Shown piece after piece: positions 45,847 through 58,990 of a stretch of DNA of 64,000 nt. The DNA comes from the human T2T-CHM13v2.0 reference genome, Homo sapiens. The notes under the pieces were generated by a model, which worked only from the letters and a program-made list of their open reading frames with translations, did no database searches and had not been told where the DNA came from. Position 1 is the first letter of the stretch. The number at the start of each line of letters is the position of its first letter. The DNA lies in NCBI GenBank assembly GCA_009914755.4, contig CP086569.2, positions 16,768,001-16,832,000 on the forward strand, in the 5' to 3' direction. The position numbers were made by a program, and so were the translations under genes.

Positions 45847-46410
45847 TATGGTCACAATAGAAAATATCAAAATGTATAGAGGCAAACAAACTTCTACAAC
45901 AGAAAACAAAATCACTGTGTACATTTTTAACAAATTTGTTGAGATATAATTCCCACACCACACAATTAACCTGCATAAAGTCCACATTTAGTGGTTTTAA
46001 ATGAATTCATGGAATTGTGCCACCATCAACACAACCAATATTAGTCCACTTACATTTTAACATACAAACCCCTATCTTTTTGGCCCATGCATTCGTATAT
46101 ATATATATATATTAGCTTTACATAATATATTATGAGCATTTCTCATATTCATGAATGTTCTACAAGAGTATGATTTACAATAAGTACACAGTAATTAAAA
46201 AAAGAAATCTTACTTCTTTGATTATTTATTCTCTGCCAAACACTTTATTGAGTAATGGATTGTGCCATTTAGTCTTCACAATAATCTTATGAAATAGGTA
46301 CTGTAATTTTTAAAGAATTGGAGATATTATAGAAGGCTAAATTTCTGGACCACAGTGACATGCTCAGGAAGTAAGTGGGTGGGTGGGATAAAGGGGTCTA
46401 ACTCATCTTT

Positions 46411-46706
46411 CTTTTTTTTTTTTTTTTTTTTTTGACACTGAGTCTCAACTCTGTCATCCAGACTGGAGTGTAGTGGTACAATTTCAGCTTACTGTAAACC
46501 CTGCCCCCAGGCTCAAGTGATTCTTCTGCTTCAGTGTCCTGAGTAGCTGGGACGATAGGAGTGCACTACCACAGCTGGCTAATGTTTTCTATTTTTTTGT
46601 ATAGAGATGGGGTTTTACCATGTTGGCCAGGTGGGTCTTGTATTCTTGGACTCAGGATCTCTGCCTAGGCCTCTCAAAGTTCTGGGATTACAGATGTGTG
46701 GCACTG
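46411..46706 (-). mobile_element. Alu, antisense, with 13-bp TSD ACTCATCTTTCTT
   Basis: T23 run, then gacactgagtctcaactctgtcatccagactggagtgtagtggtacaatttcagcttactgtaaaccctgcccccaggctcaagtgattcttctgcttcagtgtcctgagtagctgggacgatagg...aagttctgggattacagatgtgtggcac. Flanks are aactcatctttc|TTTT and gactcatctttcttaaaa. Confidence 0.88.
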
Positions 46707-48800
46707 ACTCATCTTTCTTAAAACATAGGTCTCAGTTAAGTTGACTGACCAAGCCCATAGTGTTGAATATTAAAATTGTTTCCAGTTTTGAGATATGATT
46801 TTCATATTTGTAATCTATTGCTACATTAAAACATCCCCTTAAAACTTAGCAACTTAATTATTGACATCACAGGTTCTGTGTGTCAGGAATCCAGGAGCAG
46901 ATGAGCTGAGTCCTCTGGCATAGGGACTCCTATAAAGTTGCAATTAAATGTCATCTGATATCAGGGGAACCCACCCCCCATATTTCAACGTAGTTTCTTT
47001 CTATTTTTGGTTAAGTGTCGGCCAGCTGAGAAATAAAGAGAAAGAATACAAAGAGAGGAATTTTACAGCTGGGCCACAGGGGTGACATAACGTGTTGGTA
47101 GTATGGTGATGTCCGCCTGAGCCTCAAAAGTAGCAAATTTTTATTAAGGAATTCAAAAGGGGAGGTGGTGTACGAACATGGAGTAGGTACAAAGATCACA
47201 TGCTTAAAAGGCAAAAAAGCAGAACAATGATCACATGCTTCTGAGGAAACAGGACAAGGGCAAAGCAGAACTCCTCATAAAGGTATATGTTCGACAGTAC
47301 ACATATTGTCTTGATAAAAATCTTAAACAACAGAAAAAAGTGTTCCAGAGCAGAAAACCTGTCTGACCACAAATTTACCAGGGTGGAGTTTCCAACCCTA
47401 ATAAGCCTGAGGGTACTGCAGGAGACCAGGGCGTATCTCAGTCTTTATCTCAACTGCATAGGACAGGCATTCCCAGGGCAGCCATTTATAGACCTCCCCC
47501 CAGGAATGCATTTCTTTCCCAGAGTTTTAATATTAATATTCCTTGCTAGGAAAAGAATTTAGTGATACCTTCCCTACTTGCACATCCATTTATAGGTTCT
47601 CTGCAAGAAGAAAAATATGGCTCCTTTTGCCCAACCCCTCAGGCACTCAAACCTTATAACCATAAGGTCTTCCCTTGTTCCCTAAAGTTTTCTATTATTC
47701 TGTTCCTTTTCAAGGTGCACTGTTTTCATTTGTTCAAACTCACATGTTTTACAATCAATTTGTACAGTTAACACAATTATCACAGTGGTCCTGAGATGAT
47801 GTATATCCTCAGTTTATGAAGATAAAGGGATTAAGAGATTAAAGACAGTCATAAGAAATTATAAAATTATTATTTGGGAACTGATAATTGTCCATGAAAT
47901 CTTCATAATTTAAGTTCCTCTGCTGCAGCTCCAGCTAGTCCCTCCATTTGGGGTCCCTGACTTCCTACAACAATCTGAGTCTGGGGTTTTATGTGAAAAC
48001 TTGACTGGACAAGAGTCTGCTTCCAGGCACACTGATGTTGCTTTTTGCCAATCTCAGTTCTTTACTAGCTGTTGTCCAGAGATGGCAATTCTTTTACATG
48101 TGGTCTTTATTGTAGGACATCTCCAATGGTTACAAAAGGTGTCCCTCAGAGGAAGCAGGTGAATGGTGATTCACAAGATAAAATTCTAATCTCAGTAGTG
48201 ATGGCCCATTTTTTGCTGTATTCTGGTAGAAGTAACTTCCTTGGTGCAATCCAAGCTGAAGGGAAGGACCTGCATGAGGTTGTAAATTTCGCAAGTGGAA
48301 AATAATTTGGGGACCCTCATAGATGCTGCTTATCATAACAACTAGTGAATATTTGTTTCTTGTGGGGAGGGCAGAGTTATGTATATAAATTTGGGGGTAC
48401 AAATGAAATTACATGCATAGACTGTATAATTGTCAAGTTAGAACTTTTTGAGTATCCATCACCTGAGTAATGAACATTGTACCATTAAATAAGTTTTATC
48501 ATTCATCTCCCTTCCATCCACTCACCCTGCCAAGTCTCCATTGTCTATCATTCTATTGTCTAAGTTCATCTGTACCCATTTTTAGCACCTACTTATGAAT
48601 AAGAACATGTGCTATTTGTCTTTCTGTGTCTAGCTTGTTTCACTTCAGCTAACAAACTCCATGATCCTGTTTCCATCCATGTTAATGCAAACAACATAGT
48701 TTCATTATTTTTGTGGCTGAATAGTACTGCATTCTATATATATATATACCAGGTTTTGTTTATCCTATATTTGTAAATATTTATGTATGGATGTGATTGT

Positions 48801-49148
48801 TGTATTAGTCTCTTCTTATGCCACTAATAAAGACATACACGAGACTGGGTAATTTATAAAGGAAAGAGGTTTAATAGACTTACAGATCCATGTGCCTGGG
48901 GAGGCCTCAAAATAATGGCAGAAGATCATGAGGAGCAAAGTCATGTTTTACATAGTGGCAGGCAAGAGAGCTTGTGCAGGAGAACTCCCATTTATAAAAC
49001 TATCAGATTTCATGAGACTTATTCACTACCATGAGAACAGGAAACTATGACTACGATTCAACTATCTCCACCTGGCCCTGTGCTTGACACATGGAGATGA
49101 TTACAACTTGAGGTGAGGTTTGGGTGGGGACACAGCCAAACCATATCA
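48801..49148 (-). mobile_element. MaLR solo LTR (THE1/MST-like), minus orientation
   Basis: tgtattagtctcttcttatgccactaataaagacatacacgagactgggtaatttataaaggaaagaggtttaatagact...ggcaggcaagagagcttgtgcaggagaactcccatttataaaac...tttgggtggggacacagccaaaccatatca is the reverse complement of the THE1 consensus. Confidence 0.85.
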
Positions 49149-50926
49149 GTCATTTAGAGATAAAAACATACAAAGTGTGTGTGTGTATGTGTGTTTAATA
49201 TGAATTCATATTGTAGGTTGCCAATCCATGATCCATTTAATCTTCTTTTTAATGTCACCCATATTTTTATTTAGTATCCACCATTTATCCACATTGGCCA
49301 CATACCTCAATAGAGGCTAAACCTGACCCTAGTGCTCTGCTGAATCTCAGTTTGTTTAAACTGGTCAGCACATGGAGGACATAAGACCCAAGTAGTCCAA
49401 TTGGAACTAATATTGGGATTATGGCTCATCATGCATAGGTAGGAGCACTTCTCTTCTATGAACACAGTGACGTGTGCTTGTGATAGCTGGTATGCAACAG
49501 CCACTTTGGCAGTATGAAAGAGAGCAGGCTGAAAATGCAGCCAACTCCCTGCAAAAGGAAGACCAAAAGAATTTCACAAAAAAATGGAGAAGAAGTTATT
49601 AGTTAAATCAACCCTCAAAATTGTCCTACATCTGAATTTCAGCTACATGCATCAACATACATTGCTTTTTTAAAAGTCAGTTGGAGTAATATTTTTCCAT
49701 ATTTCTTTCCATCCAAAATTGTCTTACTAATGAATAATGTTGTAAGAAGTGGTTTGCCATAATTCACACATCTAATACGTTTAGCTGGTTGAATGAATGA
49801 TGAAGAGAGAAATAATTAAGAACTCCACTATTCTGAGATGTTAGTTTGATTATTATTAATAAGTAGTTACAAAACACTAGTTAAATTATCACCAATTATT
49901 TCTCAGGATGCAGTTTCTGGGCTATCAAGGTGTAGGGCAGCTGAAAGGCAAAATGTAGGGTGTTGGAGTGAATTAGCTACTTTCTGATGTTCTCAGCAAA
50001 CTTAAAATCAAGAGACAGGATTTTCCTAAAATTGGGCCATCTAAAATCAGAGGTGGGAAATACAGACTTTGTAAGAGAAGTCCATTATGCCTATCTAATA
50101 TAATTCAAAGTATCTTGAAAGATCCAAATTCTCTCTCAACCCCAAGCTACAGTTTGCAATAGATGTCCACTACCATGCCCCCTTCAGTTCTGCCCCATCT
50201 GTTCTTTTGTCTTTTCTGAGTTAGAAATGAACCACTCTATTCTTCAAGCTACTGAGGTCAAAAATAGAGGGAGTCATCCCTATCTCATTTCTTTCTTACA
50301 AATTCTTCAGCCAGGGTCAAATCAAATCCAAACCTTGACCCCTTCTCCCCACATTCTCCATCCCAACCTGATCCAAGTCTTCGTCACTTCTATCCCAGGT
50401 CGTGCAGGCAACCTGCCGACGGCAGCTTATTGACAACTCAGCAGGCAGGTGGGTTTTTTGCAAATGTAGATCGTGGGACTGTGTCACTTTTCTGCTTAAA
50501 TCTCTTGAATGGTTTCTCATTTTGATCAAAATAAAAATTAAACTTCTAATTCTATAACCTTTCTGGTCTTATTCCAAATTCCTTGTGTTGCTCATTCTAG
50601 TCCAGCCATAAAATCTTCCATAGTCTTTTGTAACGTCATTAATTATATATAGCCTCCTGTTCTATGAATTAGCACTTGCTAATATTTTCAACCTGGGTTG
50701 CCATTTCCTATATATCTGCATGGTTGCCCTATTAGATGTGAATGATAAATTGTACCCCGATTTGTTTCAGGTCTCTATTTAAATGTCATCTAATTCAAAA
50801 TATTTTTCTTGGGTTCCTTTTCTAAAATAACAACTTCTTCCCCATCCACTGTCTAACTATGCCATTTTATCCTATGCCACTTTTCTCTGTATCTGTGATC
50901 ATCTCTAGATAGATGTTATATCTGTT

Positions 50927-51293
50927 GATATGGTTTGGCTGTGTCTCCACCCAAACTCATCTTGAGTTGTAGTTCCCATAATCTCCACATGGCATGGGAG
51001 GGAACCTGTGGGAGGTAATTAAATCATGGCTGCAATTACCTCTATGCTGTTCTTGTGACAGTGATTTCTCATGAGATCTGAAGGTTTTATAAGGGGCTTT
51101 TCCCCCTTTTGATTTGCATTTCTTGCTGGTGCCATGTGAAGAAGGCTATGTGTCCTTCCCCTTCTGCCACTATTGTAAGTTTCCTGAGGCTTCCCCATTC
51201 CTGCAGAACTGGGAGTCAATTAAACCTCTTTCCTTTATAAATTATCCAGTCTTGAGTATTTCCTCATAGCAGTGTAAGAACTAACTAATACAT
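50927..51293 (+). mobile_element. MaLR solo LTR (THE1/MST-like), plus orientation
   Basis: tgatatggtttggctgtgtctccacccaaactcatcttgagttgtagttcccataatctccacatggcatgggagggaacctgtgggaggtaattaaatcatggctgc...cattcctgcagaactgggagtcaattaaacctctttcctttataaattatccagtcttgagtatttcctcatagcagtgtaagaactaactaataca. Confidence 0.88.
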
Positions 51294-52961
51294 CTGTTCA
51301 TTTGTTTTCAAATATGTGATTCCCCCAGCAGCATGGGTGATGTTATGACAAAGATTGTGTCTTATTTTCTCTTATTTCTCCAGCACAGGGAATAGAGCTT
51401 TTGATATACTTTGGCACTCAAAAATATTTTTAAGTAAAGAAAAATTTTCTAAATCTCAGTATCCACTTCTCCAAACATCTTACACAAAAAGGAAGGTCAT
51501 TCTAACACTCTTTTCCAAATGAATAGCTCTTACTCATATTGTGTGCCAACCAGATCCTGTGGAGAGGTGAAAGTTCTAAGGCACCTGGAAAGGACAGCTT
51601 CCACAGGTCACTTGCAAGCAAATTCTTTGCAGGCCTCCCAGAAACAAGGACATGCCAATCATAACTTCAGTATACAATCAATCAAAATCTAGCTCCTAAC
51701 ACTACACATTGATAATGTTCACTACAAGCTTACCTCCCAGATGCAAAGTCAAGACTTTTTCCTCCACCTATGCAGAGATGTCTGCATAATTGACTCTTCC
51801 TTTCCAACATTATCCATTCAGACTTCCACCTCAGCATACGGAATATGTAGTATTTGTCTAACCTCCTACCTGCCCCTCTTCCTCCATTCCTCCACACCTT
51901 TAAGGAAATGTATAAATACTAAACTTCCCGAAAACTTCTTTGGAAAAACAGCCACAGATGTGTCTGTGGCTCGTGTTTTTCCCAGACATTCCCCCAGAGA
52001 TTGAGATGTATGCCCATCACTCATGTTATTCGTCAGGAGAAGAAGCAGCTGTTGATGCCTTTATTAGAGAAAATGTTGACACAGAAAACAAACCTGTCCC
52101 AATATACCAGTGCATATTCAACTTAGTACAGGTTATAACATGGGAGGGGGATGTTTAAAGCTCTGCAGGTGATTTGAATAACAGCTGAGGTTGAGAATCA
52201 CTACAAAATGTTCTCTCCCTGCCAAGGAATATGACCAAGTTCTTTGTGATGTAACAGGCTGGATAAAGAACTGGGCTCAGGGAAGAGTATTCCACTGGAG
52301 AATCTCATTTCAAATTTTCCAGAGTCTGGAGTCAATATTAGTATTGACCATCATTCAACAGAATGGTTGGAGTATTGGGTAGTCTATGCACACCCACAGA
52401 GAATTGCATCTAAGAGATGGAGATTCTGAGACTCAACAATCATGAAGAGATCTCCTCTATTTTCAGCCCTTTGGGTGACTTGAAACATGCTAGACTTAAG
52501 GTAATTGTGTCACAAAAGTATGACCAAGCTTTGCCAGCACCCCTCTTCATTGGCAGCTCAAGATTTAAGATGGTCATCTCTTTACTCTTTCCACATCTAG
52601 TATCCCATACTTCCAGTCTTATTTCCCAATATCCTCTTCCCAAAGGGACATGCAAATTGCAGTTCTCTTTTTTCCTCCCCACTTTGGCCTATAGAAAGAC
52701 CTAATTGCCCACTTACAATGTATAGCATTGACCTTGCCACCTGACATTTACCAACATTGTCCATTACTTTTATTTCATTTCATTCCAATTATGAAAAATA
52801 GATTAAGAGATGGCATTGTTTTGATTTTGCTTTTCTTGAATAGTTGAGATAGTGAACAGCTGATAGACTTATTTGCCTGTTTCTTACTTTTTGATCCCAC
52901 TTTTATTAAGACTTTTATTTGCTATGGAGTTACTAAAGCCTTCTTTCTTCCATTTTACTTT

Positions 52962-53065
52962 TATATTTTTGTAGAGACAAGGTCTCACTATGTTGCCCAG
53001 GTTCTCAAACTCATGGCCTCAAGTAATACTCCTGCTTGACCTACCAAATCACTGGCATTATAGGC
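52962..53065 (-). mobile_element. Alu monomer-like fragment (FLAM-like), antisense
   Basis: tttttgtagagacaaggtctcactatgttgcccaggttctcaaactcatggcctcaagtaatactcctgcttgacctaccaaatcactggcattataggc. Confidence 0.75.
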
Positions 53066-55282
53066 TTTATCAAAGAAGATCAAGCCTGGCCAAAGTAGAG
53101 ACCTCTTTCTATCAGCCAATGTGGGGTATTGTTATAGAGCCAGAGCATCTGGTCACTGTTATGTAATGGTTTGTCTGTCTTATGAGGCACAAGACTAGCA
53201 AAAATGTGTGGCCATGTTTGCATTCCCTGAGTAACAAGCAAGCAAGTTCTTTTATGCTCTTTCGCTATAAATGACTTCAAAGATTTATTTGGAAACTTGG
53301 AATGATACTTGCCTGAGTAAAGGCCTAAACGCATTTTACATAATATGAGCTGGCACTCACTTGCCCAGCAAAAGCTATGGAAAGATTCATATCAGTTGCT
53401 TTTGGAAAAGTTGTCCTCATATTCTCTTGGAGGGTCTAGGTGGAAGGCCAATATCCGCCTCTTTGTCATTTGCACAGTCATCAATATTCAGTGAGCCATA
53501 CAATTGGAAGGAGTGTAGAAGCTTCAGATAATTAAAGTTTCTCATCTTCAGAGGGAAGGCTGAATGAACATATATTTTGTTGGGCAGTAACAACGGATAA
53601 GGACAAATAGAACATTTGACCAGTCTGTCCTTAGAAAATTAAAAACAAAAACTATGTATGATCCAGACTAATGGTAAATAACTTATATTCCATGGACCCA
53701 GACTGTTTTGTAATTAAAATGTTATTAGACCACAGCCATGCCCACCCACTTAGAGACTGTGGATACACATTTTTCCACTACCTGACTCTTTATAGAAAAA
53801 GTTTGCCAACTTCTTGTCTAGATGAGAAAGGGAAGAGATAGGTATAATGTTAGCAAACACTAAGGCAGAATTATATGTTGCAAATAGTTGTGCTGGTCCT
53901 CATTTTGCATTCATATTTGCATATGGATTATGTTGGTTGTAGTATATTGGTACATTTTATATAGTTTATAAATCTACAAATATATAAACGACTTTATACA
54001 GTTTATCAACCTGTAAATCTTTACAATGATGGGTTCTTTCTATGGTTTTATAGCTAAGAAAGTTTATTCTAAACATGGAATTAGATAATATTAATGTTTG
54101 TTATTTTATGCTTGTATTGGAGCTTTCTCTTCTTTGTTTATGTGACTTAGGAAAAAACATTTTAGACATGCAAAATATACATAGAAAATTTTTATATCTA
54201 AGGGTCACCAGCATTATGAAATGAGCTAGGAAGATTTTACATTTACATTTTTGAAAGAGTTTATGAAGTTAATGTATTTTCTTTATTGAAATTTTACTAA
54301 ACTTCACCTATAAAACTGACCAGGCATAGTGCTTTTTGGAAGGGGCAGAACATATTTTTGACTGCTATTTCAACACAATGGAGTCCCTGGTCACAGTTAC
54401 CAAAATAGTCAAAGAATAGTCTATATCCATAGAACATTATGAGATGTGAAGACAGAAAACAGTAATGGAATGTCTGAGGTCCATGAGAGGTGGAAGAAAC
54501 ATGTCCTGTATATAATATCACATTTTCCATTCAATCTTGTGTGGTATATTGCAGTTACAAAGAGAAAGCTATATTGGAGTTTCACAGCTGGCCCTAACAG
54601 TTTAACCTTAGGGGATAGATTCTGAACAGTCCTAGTTTCTCTTAGCAAAATCAATTAATTCTCTGGACCAGATTTTTTGGGGTGGTACAATTGGTGGGTA
54701 AACAAAACCACACTACTCAGTTTAAACTTGTCTTCCTGACACAACTTAAAACTTAACAAATTTTTTTTATTATCAAACGCTTGCTAATGAGTATAATAAG
54801 CTGTTTGTCACATGGATGGCCCCAAGGATTGGATTGTTTCTAGGGTTATTTTGACATACAAATATGAAAAGAGGTGTCTTTAAATATTTCTCCCACCTAA
54901 AAATACATGTTTTCAGTCAGAAATTTCACACTGTAGAGTTGATTAATGATTAGCAAATACCATCAGTTCCCTATTCAAGAAATTTCAGGATAGGCGGTTG
55001 ATGCCAGTGAATGATATTTTGTGAGCAAACTTTCCACATTAATTAGGTGGTAGTGCTTTTACAATTTTACCATTTTTAATCTATCCTTGTAAAAAAGTTG
55101 ATGAGTAAGACACAGATTTGTTGTATATCATTTCATAGCAGGTGAGAGGTAAACATGGTAAGTAGAGTGTTTGCCATCAGATAACAAAAGACGGGCAATC
55201 CACTCCTGATTCCAGAAATATCAGACTGCTTCCTAAAGCAAAGAGACCATGAGAAAATTACCTTCTTTGGAAAGTAGCATTT

Positions 55283-55374
55283 CATACAATACAATACAAT
55301 ACAATACAATACAATACAATACAATACAATACAATACAATACAGTACAATACAGTACAATACAGTACAATACAG
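55283..55374. repeat. (ATACA)n pentanucleotide STR, ~18 units, with ATACAG variants at the 3' end
   Basis: catacaatacaatacaatacaatacaatacaatacaatacaatacaatacaatacagtacaatacagtacaatacagtacaatacag. Confidence 0.95.
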
Positions 55375-56767
55375 AAAAAAAGATCATTTTTGAATATTTT
55401 CCTGAAACATACTAAAAAAAAAAAAGTCTCCTGAACTTAGAAACCCTTCTCAGAAATAACCAGCTATCTAAACGAGATTTGCTATATAACTTGCGTATTT
55501 CTATGCCTTCTCTTTCACTCTTTGGCCTTCAAATACACATTTGTTGTTCTCAAATTCTATTGTCAATCTTAGGAAGACTGAAACAATAGGTAACAAGAAA
55601 ATGAAATATAATTTTGCATTTGAAATTCAGCAAGGTCTATCCATACTGTAATAGCTGCCTTCATTGTAATTAATATATCATATGGGTGATCACTGAAGAG
55701 ACAGAATTTAGTTATATGAAAATCACAGGAATCCCTATCTACTGCCTCAACTAGGGAGACTCAGTCTATGAAAGGGACTTTAAAAAAAGTCAGTTCTTAT
55801 TGTAGTATGTGGTGTGCTGTCAATCTTTTCTAGAGACACTGCTCTTTGGTCTAATAAAACATCGTATTTTATCTATTGTTCTTTGCCCATGTTTTAGTAA
55901 CAAATCATGAGGGCAATCCTATTGCTCCATTTAAACTTGCACCATATAATAAAACTACTTTCTTAGGGGGCACCCTGCGTTGGATATTGGATATATGAAT
56001 ATACCGTGCTCCAAGAGATTCAGACTTTGGATAATTCTGTCCTATCCTGGAAGTTAAAATGATGGTATCTCATTACAGAATCAGCTGTGACTGTAATGTG
56101 GCTTATTTAAAGGGGTCACTTATTCTTTGCATTTAGCAGAGTTCCTCACAGTCAGAGGCAAACCACCTACTTCCTGTGAATCAATACCATCGTATAAAAT
56201 TTTTAAAGCTCCCAATTTGTAACTCATCTTGTTCATTGTCATGTATAGATTAAGCAGACTTTGCTATCCATGACCCCAGTCCCTCCTTCATCCTGACGGT
56301 ATATTAAAGTCAGTTTCTGAAGCAAATGATCTGAGTTTAGAGTTGAAAAATTGCATCTTCATCCTAGATTTTACAAAAATTCATGGCAAGGTCATCATCC
56401 CTCAAGTCTTCCTGGAACAATGCTGTTTAGCAATTTTGGTCCCAAAGCCTTATTTGTTAAATCATTCAAAATATCAAAATTGTACTTTTGCTCCTAAGAC
56501 TTAAATTCTGGGAAGTGTACCAGGAGTCAGTTAGTCATAGTCATTTACAATTGCTAAATGATTTTATTTGAGAGTAAATCTGATAGCTTTGAGAAAACAT
56601 ACAAATGGAAATCCAGAGAAGAGACTTTGTACAGAAAAACAACTATTTCACAAGGAACTGTGCCTGATCAAATGATATTAAAGCAACTTGTCAATGAGAA
56701 TGTGCCTCTTTCCTTTCTTCTTTATGGGCTGCTTTAGAAATAGTTTCAGTTTAAGAATCAATTAGAT

Positions 56768-57180
56768 TGATTAGTCCATTTTCACACTGCTACTAAAGAT
56801 ATGCCTGAGAGTGGGTAAATTATAAGGAAAAAGAGGGTTAATGGACTCAAAATTCCACGTGGCTGAGGAGGCCTCACAATTATGGTGGAAGGTGAATGAA
56901 GAGGAAAGTCACATCTTACATGGTGGCAGGCAAGAGAGAATGAGTACCAAGTGAAAGGGCTTTCCCTTTATAAAACCATCAGATATCATGAGATTTATCC
57001 ACTACCATGAGAGCAGTATGGGGGGAACTGTACCCATGATTTAACTATCTCTCACCAATCCCTCCCTCAACACATGGGAATATGGTAGCTAAAATTCAAG
57101 ATGAGATTTGGGTAGGGACAAAATGTCTTCTCATCCTCAAATTCAAATGTTGCTGTATCCAAATATTCCCTGTTTTTCTG
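56768..57180 (-). mobile_element. MaLR solo LTR (THE1/MST-like), minus orientation
   Basis: tgattagtccattttcacactgctactaaagatatgcctgagagtgggtaaattataaggaaaaagagggttaatggactcaaaattccacgtggctgaggaggcctcacaattatggtggaaggtgaatgaagagg...gatttgggtagggacaaaatg. Confidence 0.8.
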
Positions 57181-57251
57181 GGTTCAAACCAAATGTCACT
57201 TCATTAAACACAGAGCCATAATTTTCTTTCAGAGATAATCTAATTTAGATA

Positions 57252-57710
57252 CATGCACTTGTATGTTTATTGCAGTACTATTCACAGCAGCAAACACATG
57301 GAGTCAACCCAGGTTCCCGTCACTGGTGGATTAGGTAAAGAAAATGTGGTGCATATGGGCCATGGAATATTACATAGTCATAAAAAATAACAACATCATG
57401 TCCTTTGCAGCAACGTAGTTGTAGCTAGAGGTCATTATCCTAAGTCAATTAACAAAGGAATGGAAGACCAAATGCCACAGGTTTTCACTGATAAGTGGGA
57501 GCTAAACATTGGGTATTCATGGGCATAAAGATGGGAACAGTAGACACTGGTAGTTACTAAAATAGGGAAGGATGGAGGGTGGTGATAGTAAAAAAACTAG
57601 CTGTTGGGTACTCTGCTCAATACCTGGGTGGGGAGATCAATTGTACCCTAAGTATGCTATATATCCAGGTAACAAATCTGCATATGTATGCCCTGAATCA
57701 AAAAAAAAAG
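57252..57710 (+). mobile_element. Old L1 3'-end fragment with A-tail
   Basis: atgcacttgtatgtttattgcagtactattcacagcagcaaacacatggagtcaacccag...tgtcctttgcagcaacgtagttgtagctagaggtcattatcctaagtcaattaacaaaggaatggaagaccaaatgccacaggttttcactgataagtgggagctaaacattgg...cctgaatcaaaaaaaaaag. Confidence 0.85.
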
Positions 57711-58524
57711 TTAAAATTACTGATAAAAAGTAAACTTTTTTCTCTAAAATCCAATATGCTGCTATTTGTTTTTTGCAAATTACATGCTCCATACTTTATC
57801 TTGTATAACATCTTTTTGTGTGTTTGCTTTTTAATCTTAATTATATTGTCAGTTTCTATTTTTCATTTTAGAACTTCCAGGATATTGTACTGCATGCAAG
57901 AGGTACAAAGACAAATATCTGCTTAATGAATTCATAATTTCCCTCAATAGACCCTCACATATAAATTTGGATCAACCAGTAATTATCATGAAGTTTCTCA
58001 AATATCATCAGGCCATATAAATAATTGAAGAAGTCTACATCACAAAGAGTTCCTGCTATCATTATGCAAGCGCTCTCTCCCTGCAGTGATGAAATTACAC
58101 ACTTTAGATCAACCTAGGAGGAATTCAAACATTAGCAAATTCATGAGATGTGTTTCTGTTTTCACCTCAGCACTCAATTTAGCTGTGTCAGTATGGTCTT
58201 TGCTTGACTCACAATGCCATTACTTTATGCCATTTACAAGGCTGGTCACTCCATTTTGCAAAATGCTTGTGAAATATAGGCTTTCATGCAAAAGGCATTA
58301 ATAAGAGCAGAAGTCTTCATCTAAGACAAGCAATTTTAGTCCTTAACAGTAACAGGGTAAGCAATGGTTAACAAATTTGCTAATTGTTTTTCCATTCTTT
58401 GGAGCTTTATGTGATCTTTAATTAAAGATACTGTAATTAAGGGGAAAAAATGAATGGCCATTTTTCAATATTTATCTTCTTTTTGTTTCATTTCTCTTTT
58501 TTTCCTACAGTGAACCAAAACTAT

Positions 58525-58670
58525 GAAGGAAGGAAGGAAAGGAGGAAGGAAGGAAGGAAGGAAGGAGGGAAGGAGGGAAAGAAGGAAGGAAGGGAGGGAA
58601 GAAAGAAGGAAGAAAGGAAGGAAGGAAAGAAGGGAGGGAGAGAGGGAGCAGAAAGGACGAAAAAGAGAAA
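58525..58670. repeat. (GGAA)n / (GGAAA)n purine-rich tetranucleotide repeat
   Basis: gaaggaaggaaaggaggaaggaaggaaggaaggaaggagggaaggagggaaagaaggaaggaagggagggaagaaagaaggaagaaaggaaggaaggaaagaagggagggagagagggagc. Confidence 0.92.
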
Positions 58671-58690
58671 ACCGGGGCATACTTTCTTAA

Positions 58691-58990
58691 CTTTTTTTCT
58701 TTTTTGAAACAGGGTCTTATTCTATTACCCAGCTGGGTGCAGTGGCATAATCTCAGCTCACTGCAGGCTCAACCTCCTGGACTCAAGCTATCCTCCTGCT
58801 TCAGCCTCCCATGTAGCTGGGAATACAGGTGTGTATCATCATATCTTGCTGATTTTTGTATTTTTTTGCACAGACCGGGTCTCACCACATTGCCTAGGCT
58901 GGTTTTGAACTCCTGGACAGAAGTGATCTACCCACCTTGGCCTCCCAAAGAGCTGGTAATACTGGCAGGAGCTGCCAAGCCCAGTCAGGC
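58691..58990 (-). mobile_element. Alu (S-like), antisense
   Basis: ctttttttcttttttgaaacagggtcttattctattacccagctgggtgcagtggcataatctcagctcactgcaggctcaacctcctggactcaagctatcctcctgcttcagcctcccatgtagctgggaatacaggtgtg...ttggcctcccaaagagctggtaatactggcaggagctgccaagcccagtc. Confidence 0.88.

Noticed and set aside
58450-58707. 85-aa Lys/Glu/Arg/Gly-rich ORF
   Set aside because: It is a translation of the (GGAA)n purine repeat.
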